From assembly GCA_000091205.1 (NCBI GenBank), contig AP006501.2: a DNA stretch of 64,000 nt; one strand, written 5' to 3'. Positions 43,291 to 52,988 of this stretch are shown one piece after another. The stretch is from Cyanidioschyzon merolae (taxonomy: Eukaryota). Made by a program: the position numbers and the translations under genes. Under the pieces are notes generated by a model. That model searched no databases. It was not told where the DNA came from and was given only the letters and a program-made list of their open reading frames with translations. Position 1 is the first letter of the stretch, and the number at the start of each line of letters is the position of its first letter.

Positions 43291-45981
43291 TCAGTCCATG
43301 AGCAGCCGCAAGCCGCTGAGGCCAACCAGCAGCGTACCCCCTTCGTGGAGCAGGACGGCGGCCCAGAGGGGCAGACCACCCGATACCGCCCCGATGGCGG
43401 TACTCACGATCAGAATGAGCGCAATGGCTACATTCTGGGTCATGACGCGCTGCGTCTGGCGGCTCTTCTGCAGATACCATGCGATGCGACGAATGCCTTC
43501 GGGGTAGCCATCGACAAGCACCACGTCGGCAGCGGAAACCGCTGTGGCACTGTGAAAGCCGATCGAAATGCCGGTAGTGGCGAGCGCAAGCGCCGGAGCA
43601 TCATTCATGCCGTCGCCAACCATGACCAGTCGATCTGGTTGTTGTTTCACAAACAGCATTTTGTCTTCGGGACGAAGGGCGTAGCGCACGCAGTCGGCGG
43701 GCACACCAACTGCCTCGGCAATCGCCAGTGCAGTTTCTTTCGAGTCGCCAGTCAGCAGCTGCACGGAATAGCCTTGGGTTCGGAGCTGTGCGATGCACGC
43801 CGGTGCCTCTTCCCGCATCTGGTCCCAGAAAACCAGCATGGCAACGGTGCCGTCTTCGCAGCAAAGCAGGGCCGTGGAACGCCCTAGCGCAGCCTGCTCG
43901 CGCTGATACGCTTCCAGCTTTTGATCAAGCTCCCGAGTAGTGGGCGTCGGGCTCTGGGGTGCGTTTTCGTGCTCCAAGAGCGTTGCGGCAAAGTCGAGAC
44001 GCCCCAAGCGGACGCGGTGACTGAGTGCGTCAGCGCTCGCCGCGTCTAGGTGCTGGTCGCTGCCCCCGCCGTTGCTAGTGACCTCGCTCTCGGAATGCGG
44101 GGCCTGGAAAATGCGTCCTTCCAGACCGGCGCCGGCGCATACCTTCACGTCGTGGACAAGGAGCGGCTCGATGCCAAGTTCAGCGACCGAGGCAGCCACT
44201 GCGCGTCCCAATGGGTGCACCACATGCGCTTCAAGGCCAGCTGCTAAAGCCAGTACCCGCGCTATAGCTGAGGCATGCTCCGCTGGCGGGTGCTCAGCTC
44301 GCAAATCCCAACGATACGGCAGATCCTCTGAAGCAGTAGAAGTATCTGTAGCAGCGTCGCCCGTTGCTGCCATAGACGCAACGGTTACTGCTGATTGCCT
44401 CGGCACCCGAAAGACCTGGATCTGGTGGAGTTCGGGTTCTCCCTTGGTCAGCGTACCGGTCTTATCGAATGCGACTTTGTCACAACGCGCGGAGGCTTCC
44501 AGGGTGCGCGCTCCGCCCTTCACGAGCACACCGCGACGGGCCAAAACGCCCAGCGCCGATGTATACGCAACTGGTGCCCCAATGATCAGCGCACAGGGTG
44601 ATGCCACGACCATAAAGCCAAGGGCGCGTTCGAATGCCTGCCGCTGAGCGCGCCATCGTACCGGTTGTTCCTGGGGCGCCACCGCTCTAACCCCGTGCCC
44701 AGAGTGTTTCGGTGTGCGTACCGGGGTCAGACCCGCTACGATAAAGACAAGCAAAGCACCAGTGACAACAAATCGAGAGTAGAGCTGCCCGAAGCGATCG
44801 ATCCATCGCTCCAGCGTCGGTTTGTTCTGCTGTGCGTTCGTCACCAGACGGGCAATACGCGCCACTGCTGACTCGTGCACTGGTCGCTGCACGCGGAGGT
44901 AAAGCGACCCGTCGACTGTTCGAGCGCCGGCTGCAATGAGTTCCCCGTCGCGAACACGCCGCGGAACGCTCTCTCCTGTGATTGGCTCTAAACTCACATA
45001 GGCATCACCACGAGCAATCTGGCAGTCACAGGGGACCACTTCTCCGGCCTTGACGAGGATCAGGTCGCCTGGAGTCAGCTCTGTTACCGGAACTTGATGA
45101 GCGTCGACGGTATTCAGAGTTCCATTCTCCGCAACTAGTTCGAGCGGGGTGTCCGTATCGCTGGCGCGACGCAGCCGCCACGCGTACTCGGGTACGCTGT
45201 CTCGGAGAGCGTCCAGGTCGCGACGCGCTCGAGCCCGGATGGCACCCTCTGCTGCTCGCGATACCGAGAACAGCACGAATAGAAGGGTTCCTTCCAATAA
45301 ATGACCCACGGCTAACAATAGTAAAGCGGCGAGGTTCATCAACACGTCCACCGATAGAGACGGCTTACTCAACAGCGTCCACAGCATCTCGAGTAGCGAC
45401 GGCAGTCCAGATAAGACAAGACAAGCAAGAACAAAGGCGCGTTGCATGAATATCCAGCTAAAGTAGATAGCAGCGCGCTGGGTTACTCGCGGAAGAGCGT
45501 GCTGAAGCAGGGTCAGTGTGCAAGCGGCGCACCAGAGACCAGCAGACAAGCCTTGCAGCTGGAGCGAGTCCCGCCAGCCAACAAGTCGCTCGAAAGTCGG
45601 CTGCAGCGGTCCAAGAACTCGGAGCAAGCCTGTCGTGCGTGAACCAGCACCAACTGCGTCCTGAGCGCCGCAGCATGGAGCAGCGTAGGCCTGCGCTTCA
45701 GACGAGCGTGGAGACGCGGTTGCGCTTCGCGTGCCACTGCTCTCGAGTGCGTGGCGTTTCTTTGTTGGCTCAGAATCATTGTGACACTGAACAGCGTACC
45801 GAATCGTAACAGCGCCGCGTCGTCTACTCAGCTTCGTGGCTGCGGTTGCGTGCTCGCCGTCAAGTCGCGTACGCCGCTGGTGAAACGGGTGACACCCACG
45901 GAACCTCCTTCGATCGAGTTCCCAGCCGCAATGAAGACGGGATATCGGAACCCATTTCACCTGAAAAGCCCAAGTTGACAT
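43291..45981 (-). CDS. P1B-type heavy-metal-transporting P-type ATPase with an SPC motif (HMA1/CoaT-like, P1B-4 subtype)
   Basis: P-type ATPase motifs DKTGTLT, LTGDSKETALAIAEAVG and VMVGDGMNDAPALA are present. The transmembrane metal motif is SPC (ASPCALII) rather than CPC, with a TGES-type actuator (ITGESVP). The 46044 start is GTG; the first ATG is at 45981. The N-terminus is basic/hydroxylated and transit-peptide-like. Confidence 0.85.
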   Translation of the reverse strand: MSTWAFQVKWVPISRLHCGWELDRRRFRGCHPFHQRRTRLDGEHATAATKLSRRRGAVTIRYAVQCHNDSEPTKKRHALESSGTRSATASPRSSEAQAYAAPCCGAQDAVGAGSRTTGLLRVLGPLQPTFERLVGWRDSLQLQGLSAGLWCAACTLTLLQHALPRVTQRAAIYFSWIFMQRAFVLACLVLSGLPSLLEMLWTLLSKPSLSVDVLMNLAALLLLAVGHLLEGTLLFVLFSVSRAAEGAIRARARRDLDALRDSVPEYAWRLRRASDTDTPLELVAENGTLNTVDAHQVPVTELTPGDLILVKAGEVVPCDCQIARGDAYVSLEPITGESVPRRVRDGELIAAGARTVDGSLYLRVQRPVHESAVARIARLVTNAQQNKPTLERWIDRFGQLYSRFVVTGALLVFIVAGLTPVRTPKHSGHGVRAVAPQEQPVRWRAQRQAFERALGFMVVASPCALIIGAPVAYTSALGVLARRGVLVKGGARTLEASARCDKVAFDKTGTLTKGEPELHQIQVFRVPRQSAVTVASMAATGDAATDTSTASEDLPYRWDLRAEHPPAEHASAIARVLALAAGLEAHVVHPLGRAVAASVAELGIEPLLVHDVKVCAGAGLEGRIFQAPHSESEVTSNGGGSDQHLDAASADALSHRVRLGRLDFAATLLEHENAPQSPTPTTRELDQKLEAYQREQAALGRSTALLCCEDGTVAMLVFWDQMREEAPACIAQLRTQGYSVQLLTGDSKETALAIAEAVGVPADCVRYALRPEDKMLFVKQQPDRLVMVGDGMNDAPALALATTGISIGFHSATAVSAADVVLVDGYPEGIRRIAWYLQKSRQTQRVMTQNVAIALILIVSTAIGAVSGGLPLWAAVLLHEGGTLLVGLSGLRLLMD

Positions 45982-46184
45982 ACTCGATAAAGAGCGTGCC
46001 ACTCGGCAACACACACTCGTTGCCGGGCCCGTGAGGAACAGCACCTTGCCGCACTGTCGCTAGGGATGCAGTTTCTAGATAACGTTTCCAGAGGGCAGCG
46101 ATGAGTCTCCGTGCGCGGATGCGCGTCCTCATCGCTTGAGCATCGTGATCGCCCGCCGTTGTACCACTGGCGATCATCCGCTGC

Positions 46185-47232
46185 GCGTACACGTATACCA
46201 GTGCGTGTCCATGGATGCTTTTCTACATGCATGCCTATACGTGTCCAATGGTATGTATCCATGTCCATGGGTGCTTTTCTACATGCACGCCTTTACGTGT
46301 CCAACGGTATGTGTCCGTGTCAATGGATGCTTTTCTACATGCATGCCTATACGTGTCCAATGGCATGTATCCGTGCCCATAGATGCTTTTCTACATGCAT
46401 GCCTATACGTGTCCAATGGCATGTATCCGTGCCCATGGATGCTTTTCTACATGCATGCCTATACGTGTCCAACGGTATGTGTCCGTGTCCATGGATGCTT
46501 TTCTACATGCATGCCTATACGTGTCCAATGGTATGTATCCGTGTCCATGGATGCTTTTCTACATGCACGCCTATATGTGTCTAATAATATGTGTCCGTGC
46601 CCATGGGTGCTTTTCTACATGCACGCCTATATGTGTCTAATAATATGTGTCCGTGCCCATGGGTGCTTTTCTACATGCATGCCTATACGTGTCCAATGGT
46701 ATGTATCCGTGTCCATGGGTGCTTTTCTACATGCACGCCTTTACGTGTCCAACGGTATGTGTCCGTGTCAATGGATGCTTTTCTACATGCACGCCTATAT
46801 GTGTCTAATAATATGTGTCCGTGCCCATGGGTGCTTTTCTACATGCACGCCTATATGTGTCTAATAATATGTGTCCGTGCCCATGGGTGCTTTTCTACAT
46901 GCATGCCTATACGTGTCCAATGGTATGTATCCGTGTCCATGGGTGCTTTTCTACATGCACGCCTTTACGTGTCCAACGGTATGTGTCCGTGTCAATGGAT
47001 GCTTTTCTACATGCACGCCTATATGTGTCTAATAATATGTGTCCGTGCCCATGGGTGCTTTTCTACATGCACGCCTTTACGTGTCCAATGGTATGTATCC
47101 GTGTCCATGGGTGCTTTTCTACATGCATGCCTATATGTGTCTAATAATATGTGTCCGTGCCCATGGGTGCTTTTCTACATGCATGCCTATACGTGTCTAA
47201 TAATATGTATCCGTGTCCATGGGTGCTTTTCG
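46185..47232. repeat. Minisatellite: 56-bp unit x ~19, each unit containing CCATGG, CATGCATGC (RY-like) and ACGTGT cores
   Basis: Unit CCATGGATGCTTTTCTACATGCATGCCTATACGTGTCCAATGGTATGTATCCGTGT repeated head-to-tail with point variants. The long Cys-rich ORFs across it (46136-47250) are repeat artefacts. Confidence 0.95.
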
Positions 47233-48366
47233 CTCTGGATATCAGAGTAATTTGGATGACAGGGCCGAGCGCTTCGCTCGAGTCCGTCGACGAGTTCCAG
47301 ACGTCCAGCGAGGGTGTGTTCGTTTTTTCAGTACAACGTGCATAAAAGATGAGCAACATGCCGTTTACATAGCGGACGTCCAAGCATCGCCTTCAACAAC
47401 GAGCAGGAAACGGACGAGGGTACCCGCCTTGCCATGCATCAACCGCGCCTGGGGCGATCGCGCGTCTAGTATTGTTACGTTTAGAGTCAACGCGTCGAGG
47501 CAACTCGTCAGTCGCCGCTGCGCATTGGAGTGCTCTCTGTGGCGAGCCCCCGGACTCGCGCAGAAAACCCAAGTTCAGGGCAACAACTCGATTTAGAGTA
47601 TGTAGTAGACCGATGATCGCAAACCTATCAATCTTCTTTGCAAAATCAAATCCGAACGGGAATGACAGAAAGCACCCAATTGGAATCACCCGAGCCATTT
47701 GCAGTACTTGGAGGCGGAAAAGCGCCAGCCGTCACCCATCCCGATGCGTAGCTACGTGTTGCTGGCGAGCTGCCCTGCGACGCAGCTCGCAACGCGTACC
47801 CTGAAACCTTGAACACCCCCGTTGCTTGATCGATGACATGCGGAAGCGTCCGTTCAGTAGATCGATCCGATTTTTCACCGCTTCATCGGCTGGGTTCGCG
47901 CAGCACTAGGGGTGCGCTTCCGTGTATCGATGGTATCCTAAAGAGACTCGGAGAGCAGCGCAACACCATCGCGGTCGATGCTGCCAATGCGATTCACGGG
48001 GATCGCCTGCGGATGCACGCGCCAGTCGGAGATCCCGCCTAGAGACGGAGCGCTGCACATCGCTTCCTCGTCCTGCTCCTCCGATTCAATGTGCGGCTGC
48101 AGGCGCGCCTGCCTTTGAGGTTGTCGCACCCAACGCCTGGCTACGCTAGGCAGAAGCCAAGGCGTCTGTACTATCGTGCAAATCGGCCGCATTCATCAAA
48201 AAAAGGAGGCTGCCTTAGCCGAACACGCAGTGCATGAAGCGCTTCTCCTAGCCGTCGTGCGGGGTACACCATTCGCGAGACTCGTATCGCCCCAGAATCC
48301 TGAGAATAAAGTACCGAAATTTGGTCGGGAGCTCAACATACTAGGTTCAAGACGAGATTTCCAGAT

Positions 48367-51300
48367 CTAGTGCATCGAGCGGCGCTCTGAAGAAAACAGG
48401 CTTGGCGATGCCCCTGGAGATGACGTCTCACGCAGCGTAGGGGCGTTTTCGCGGTCACTGTGCGCCGGACTCGTGGTATCCTGTTCCGCTGCGCTCGGAT
48501 GAAGCTGCCGTACCGCACTGGTGGCGCAGTGAGTTGATGCAACAGAACGCTGGTCGGGCTCATACTCGTAGCCAGCAATATTCCAGCCGAATGTCGCTGC
48601 CGGAGCGTTTGTGAAATTCGGTGCAGCAACACCATCACCAACGCCAACACAATCACCAGCAGCAGGAGTCTCCGTCACCAAATTGGCAGTGGCGCGTATC
48701 GCTGACTCGCGCGGGTAGCGTTCGACATGCTCAGCTGCGAACGCAGGTGGTGCTGCAGTAACCTCAGCAACAGAAGCGGCCTGGTCCACCGGCCGTCGCC
48801 TGGGTCGGCGCACCCGTAGCCACCATATACCAGGGCCGTAGCTCGCTGCAACCCACCAGTGTCGACGCCTGCTCGGGCGCTTACCGGGAGCACACGCTGC
48901 TGTTTGGGATGCGTACAAGTCCTTTGGCGTTTTTGAGAAGAACAATCCCGGGCCATAGGACGCCGCCACAGACCAAGACGGTCGTTCTGGCCTGATCGCA
49001 ACACTGCCATCGACGCGGTTCCTAGCTTCGGAGTCCTGGGGTGTGCGTACGCGCGTTTCACCGTCGCCAGTCGCTCGGGTGTCAAAACGAATAAGAATAC
49101 GAGGCTGTTGCTGTGAGTGAGGTCCCTCGGATACAAACGGCAGCGCCGGTGCCCAGGATGCAACGCGGTGCCTCTTCTGGGCGGCTCGTTGTTGAGAGCG
49201 CAGTTGCCGGGCACGCTCGCGCAGAGCGGCGGCCTCGGTCTCCCGTCGCAAGCGGCGCATAAAGGCATTGTCTCGCATTTCCGGACGACCTAGCATCTCC
49301 GCTTGATTCAGTAGGAAACGCGCCTCGGCGATGACCTCTTCGGGTGCGTAGCCTCTCATTTCCCCGTAAGGTAGCACGAGCAGCTTACTGAGATTCCGGA
49401 AACTGCACGCCTTAGAATTCGGAAAAGATGCACACAGGATACTCACGCGTATGGACAACTCGAATTTGCGTCTAGTGGTGGCGAAATACGGTTCATGGGA
49501 CGGATGCGGTGTAACAAGCTTGTACCACGCCCGTGCCGTTCGTATCCAAATGCATACTTCACCGTAATCGATGCACCATTCGAGAATACGACTAGTTCGA
49601 ATCATCGTTGGTCGGAGCTTGACACTTCCAGGACCAGCGCCCGGGATCAGCAGACCTTCGGCGACGAGCGAATTCGGCGTTTCCAGAGCTCCCGGGCCGC
49701 CGCCAGTGTTGCGTTTCGCGGACGTCTGCTCCAATTCCAGGGCATCCAGACAGGCGTGCTCTCCCGTACACTCGTCCAGGATGCGGAACCAGGTGAGAAG
49801 CCGCTGCGGGAGTGCGCTTTCTGTGTTCGTTGCATCAGCAGCGTTATGATGAGAGCTACTTGCATCAGTAGCCGGCAAGTTCATCTCAGGTGGAATATGC
49901 TCCTCTAGTACCATGGCATCGTCGTTAACGCTGCTCGATGACTTTGTTGCTGCCATGGTTTGCTCCTCTGCTACACCATTTTCACGTTCCTGAAGACGAG
50001 ACGATGTTCGTTCCCTTCGCTGCAGTTGCGCTTCAGCTTCGGCGCGCTCCCGTTCGGCTGCACGAAGCGCTCGTTCGATTTCCGCTCGTTGGCGCTTTGC
50101 CAGACGCTCTATTCGTTCCAGTTCGCGCCGACGTTCCAACTCCTCGCGTCTGCGTTGGCGTTCCAGTTCCTTTGCTTCCTCTTCACGCTGCTTCCGCAGC
50201 TCCTCTTCCCGCTGGCGAGCAAGTTCCAGTTCTTGGACCCGGGAGGATGTCCGTTTTGTGGCAAGCAGCCGCTCGAGACGTTCTCGACGGCGTTGCAAAC
50301 GCTCTAATTTGCGACTGTGCTCTTCCCAGACGGGAAGAAGTTCCTGCTTGAGCCATTGTCTCAAAGCGCGTTCTCTGGAACGGGGTCGAGCATCGTCCAG
50401 CGTCTCGATGAGGTCTCGCAGGGCATCCGGCCCCTGCGCAGCAACGCACCACTCGTAGTGCGGCGAAGGTTTTGCGCCCCTGCGTCGGCCTTTCGTGGAT
50501 TTCAAAGCGCTCGTTTCTGTGTCGTCAAGCAACTCCCTATACAAGCGGCAATTGTCGTCAAAGTACCAATATAGCGCTCCGTTCCTATCGATGCCCACTG
50601 GCAGGATTCGCAGGTCGTCATGGTGTAGTTGCCGCAAATCCTTCAAGTAGCGGTTATCTTCGTTCGGACTACAGAGTACGAACTCGCAGAGCGCGTACAA
50701 AATGAGCAGGCGTTGGCTTGCCCTCAGCTGCAGGAACGCTTCCCAGCCACCGGCCTCGAGCGCATCCATGATAGACGCTGCATCTGCAGACTCAGTGCTG
50801 GTGGAGCGCTCCTCCGGATACAGCCCAAGGTTGATCATTTCCGCCAGATGCTGTTGAAAGAAACGAACGAACTGCGGAAACCATAAAGCATCCGCTCGTT
50901 GGACCCAGTCCGCACGCTGCAGTGCTGCCACTGCGCGACTCCCGTCATGCTCTGTTCTGGTGCCACTGCCAGTGCGATACCCAGCCAGGCTTGCCATTAT
51001 TTCTGCCAAAATGGGCGCATATTGTGGCGTCTCCAGAGCGTGCTCGAGCTCCATGGGCGTCACGTCAGGAATGCCGAGGCGTTTGGAGAAGACTTGCAAT
51101 AGACGCCAGGTCGCCGGCAGCTGCCACATCGCCGAGGGTTCTAACCCTTCTAAACTTCGCTCGTCCAACTCGTGCATAGAAATGTTTTCCAACTTCCGCA
51201 ACCCTGAGGTGTAGATCAGACTCTGCCGCGGTTCTGTCGATATCGAAGCCGACTCTTTGACACGTTTCCGTCGCTGCCCCGGTGACCAGGTCGCTGCCTC

Positions 51301-51618
51301 TTCCGAGTCCTCCTCTGGAGTCGAGACCTCACTCTCTGTCGGTTCCGATGCTTCATCGGAACTTGACGAGCGAGACGTTGCTGGCAGGCGCCAGCGCGCC
51401 CTGCTGCTTACCACTGAACTATGCTCCGAGGAAGATTCCGAACTTGAAGAGGCAGCAGCCTCCTGGTTGGTGCGTCTGGTGCGAGCAGACCTCCGTAGCT
51501 GGCCGTCGACTTTTCGACTCCGCGAGCCATACTGCTCCTCCTGGATATTATCCCCACCTTTGAGCACGCCTGTGATGTTACGTTCGGCTTCTCGTGCCGC
51601 TTTACGGCGCGGACGCAT
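48367..51618 (-). CDS. Hypothetical chromatin-associated-like protein: possible DDT domain plus a long charged coiled coil
   Basis: Start ATG 51618. Segment AMWQLPATWRLLQVFSKRLGIPDVTPMELEHALETP resembles a DDT domain. An E/R-rich coiled coil RRERLERLLATK...ELERRRELERIERLAKRQRAEIERALRAAERERAEAEAQ follows. The 3' ~900 bp of the ORF is low-complexity and may be non-coding. Confidence 0.4.
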   Translation of the reverse strand: MRPRRKAAREAERNITGVLKGGDNIQEEQYGSRSRKVDGQLRRSARTRRTNQEAAASSSSESSSEHSSVVSSRARWRLPATSRSSSSDEASEPTESEVSTPEEDSEEAATWSPGQRRKRVKESASISTEPRQSLIYTSGLRKLENISMHELDERSLEGLEPSAMWQLPATWRLLQVFSKRLGIPDVTPMELEHALETPQYAPILAEIMASLAGYRTGSGTRTEHDGSRAVAALQRADWVQRADALWFPQFVRFFQQHLAEMINLGLYPEERSTSTESADAASIMDALEAGGWEAFLQLRASQRLLILYALCEFVLCSPNEDNRYLKDLRQLHHDDLRILPVGIDRNGALYWYFDDNCRLYRELLDDTETSALKSTKGRRRGAKPSPHYEWCVAAQGPDALRDLIETLDDARPRSRERALRQWLKQELLPVWEEHSRKLERLQRRRERLERLLATKRTSSRVQELELARQREEELRKQREEEAKELERQRRREELERRRELERIERLAKRQRAEIERALRAAERERAEAEAQLQRRERTSSRLQERENGVAEEQTMAATKSSSSVNDDAMVLEEHIPPEMNLPATDASSSHHNAADATNTESALPQRLLTWFRILDECTGEHACLDALELEQTSAKRNTGGGPGALETPNSLVAEGLLIPGAGPGSVKLRPTMIRTSRILEWCIDYGEVCIWIRTARAWYKLVTPHPSHEPYFATTRRKFELSIRVSILCASFPNSKACSFRNLSKLLVLPYGEMRGYAPEEVIAEARFLLNQAEMLGRPEMRDNAFMRRLRRETEAAALRERARQLRSQQRAAQKRHRVASWAPALPFVSEGPHSQQQPRILIRFDTRATGDGETRVRTPQDSEARNRVDGSVAIRPERPSWSVAASYGPGLFFSKTPKDLYASQTAACAPGKRPSRRRHWWVAASYGPGIWWLRVRRPRRRPVDQAASVAEVTAAPPAFAAEHVERYPRESAIRATANLVTETPAAGDCVGVGDGVAAPNFTNAPAATFGWNIAGYEYEPDQRSVASTHCATSAVRQLHPSAAEQDTTSPAHSDRENAPTLRETSSPGASPSLFSSERRSMH

Positions 51619-51747
51619 ATCCAGTTTAAAAGAAGCTGCGTTTGGCCCGTCTCCTAGCGTTGCGTTTCGCCAGCCCCGGTTGAAATGTTCGCGGCGGCGC
51701 GCAGCAGCTTTTGATCGTGTCGACCCTGCATCAGATTAGTCGTGAAG

Positions 51748-52030
51748 AGGAAGCAGAAGCAGAAGCAGCAGCAGGTTGAGCTAACGTTCATCAAGGCAAC
51801 TACACACTGATCTACCTTTGTTTGATGACTACGGCAGTAGAAATGTCGCCACTAGGAAGCAGTAGCAGGAGGTTGAGCTAACATTCAACAAGGCTACTAC
51901 AAACTGATCTATCTTTTTTAGATGACTACGGCGGCAGACAAGTCTCCACTAGGAAGCAGCAACAGGTCGAGCTAACGCCGATGAAAGCAACTACATGCAA
52001 TACCCTTGATAAGTGACGACTGCAACAGTT
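51748..52030. repeat. ~100-bp tandem repeat x ~2.8
   Basis: Units begin AGGAAGCAG(N)AGCAGG..GAGCTAAC.TTCA.CAAGGC.ACTACA.ACTGATCTA.C at 51748, 51854 and 51951. The repeat lies immediately 5' of the minus-strand gene ending at 51618. Confidence 0.8.
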
Positions 52031-52400
52031 GTGCATTCAATGGCACAGCAGGCACCTCTACGCTCGATACCCACTGTATTGATCCAAGTCTCGATCAAAC
52101 CTCGACTCTAGTGAGGAACATGGGACAGGATCTGGTAAAGCGTCGCATTATCCTCAAAGAAGCGCCCTCATTCATTCCCTGGTCTACGATTGCCTTCGCA
52201 CCTCCGCGAACGTCTGACTCGATTCGTAAAAAGTGCAGAACGTGGAGCATGGTGCGCTGCGCGGGCTGTGCGCCAGCTGGACGTGGCCAACCGCACTGTA
52301 CGAGCGCTGCACTGCGCTGCGAAGCGAGTTCGGTAGAGCGCACGGCTGTTTAGAGCGCTGGAGCACCTGCAGGGCTACTCGCTTTGGAAGCAGCTGAGGC

Positions 52401-52988
52401 ATGCAGCCAAATGGAGCAGCACCTCTGAACTGTTTGTGGCGATGGGTTTTACCAGAGTGCTGGGGTCCTCTCGGAATCCTCTTTGAGCAGATATCGCCGT
52501 ACTGGTTTGCGTACGTTGGTGTGGCCCTCGCGATAGGACTCTCTGTGCTTGGGGCCGCGTGGGGTATATTCATCACGGGGTCTTCGCTCGTGGGGGCCTC
52601 GATTCAAGCTCCGCGCATCACTTCGAAGAACCTCGTTTCGGTCATTTTTTGCGAAGCGGTCGCCATATATGGAATAATTGCCGCTATAGTCATGGCGACT
52701 CGAATCGGCTACGCGTCTGTGGCTGAAAGCGACCCTGTCACCAAGTTCGGTGGATATGCGCTTTTCGCGGCGGGCCTGGTCGTCGGGCTGAGCAACCTGT
52801 TCTGTGGGTTAAGCGTTGGCGTCACGGGCAGTAGCTGTGCGCTGGCCGACGCCCAAGATGCAACAATCTTCGTGAAACTGCTTATCGTTGAGATATTTGC
52901 GTCAGCACTGGGTTTATTTGGGGTCATCGTCGGCATTATCATCAGTTCTAAAGCCACGCTCGGTGGCGATGCAAGCGCTGGTCGCTGA
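52401..52988 (+). CDS. V-type proton ATPase proteolipid subunit c'' (V0 subunit b, VMA16/ATP6V0B-like)
   Basis: GLSVLGAAWGIFITGSSLVGASIQAPRITSKNLVSVIFCEAVAIYGIIAAIV...GLSNLFCGLSVGVTGSSCALADAQDATIFVKLLIVEIFASALGLFGVIVGII is a near-collinear match to human ATP6V0B. The first transmembrane helix present in animal and yeast c'' is absent or encoded elsewhere. Confidence 0.85.
   Translation: MQPNGAAPLNCLWRWVLPECWGPLGILFEQISPYWFAYVGVALAIGLSVLGAAWGIFITGSSLVGASIQAPRITSKNLVSVIFCEAVAIYGIIAAIVMATRIGYASVAESDPVTKFGGYALFAAGLVVGLSNLFCGLSVGVTGSSCALADAQDATIFVKLLIVEIFASALGLFGVIVGIIISSKATLGGDASAGR

Noticed and set aside
46136-47250. Long cysteine-rich ORFs (up to 242 aa, MPIRVQWYVSVSMDAFLHA...) as a secreted repetitive protein
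   Set aside because: They are direct read-throughs of a 56-bp minisatellite whose unit happens to lack stops in some frames. Several overlapping frames give the same repetitive peptide, which is typical of repeat artefacts.
48367-49300. C-terminal ~300 codons of the 1083-aa minus ORF as genuine coding sequence with an internal duplication (WSVAASYGPG / WWVAASYGPG)
   Set aside because: The composition is low-complexity and rich in Ala, Pro, Ser and Arg. The internal duplication is a small imperfect DNA repeat. This is probably 3' non-coding read-through, though that is not provable without transcripts.
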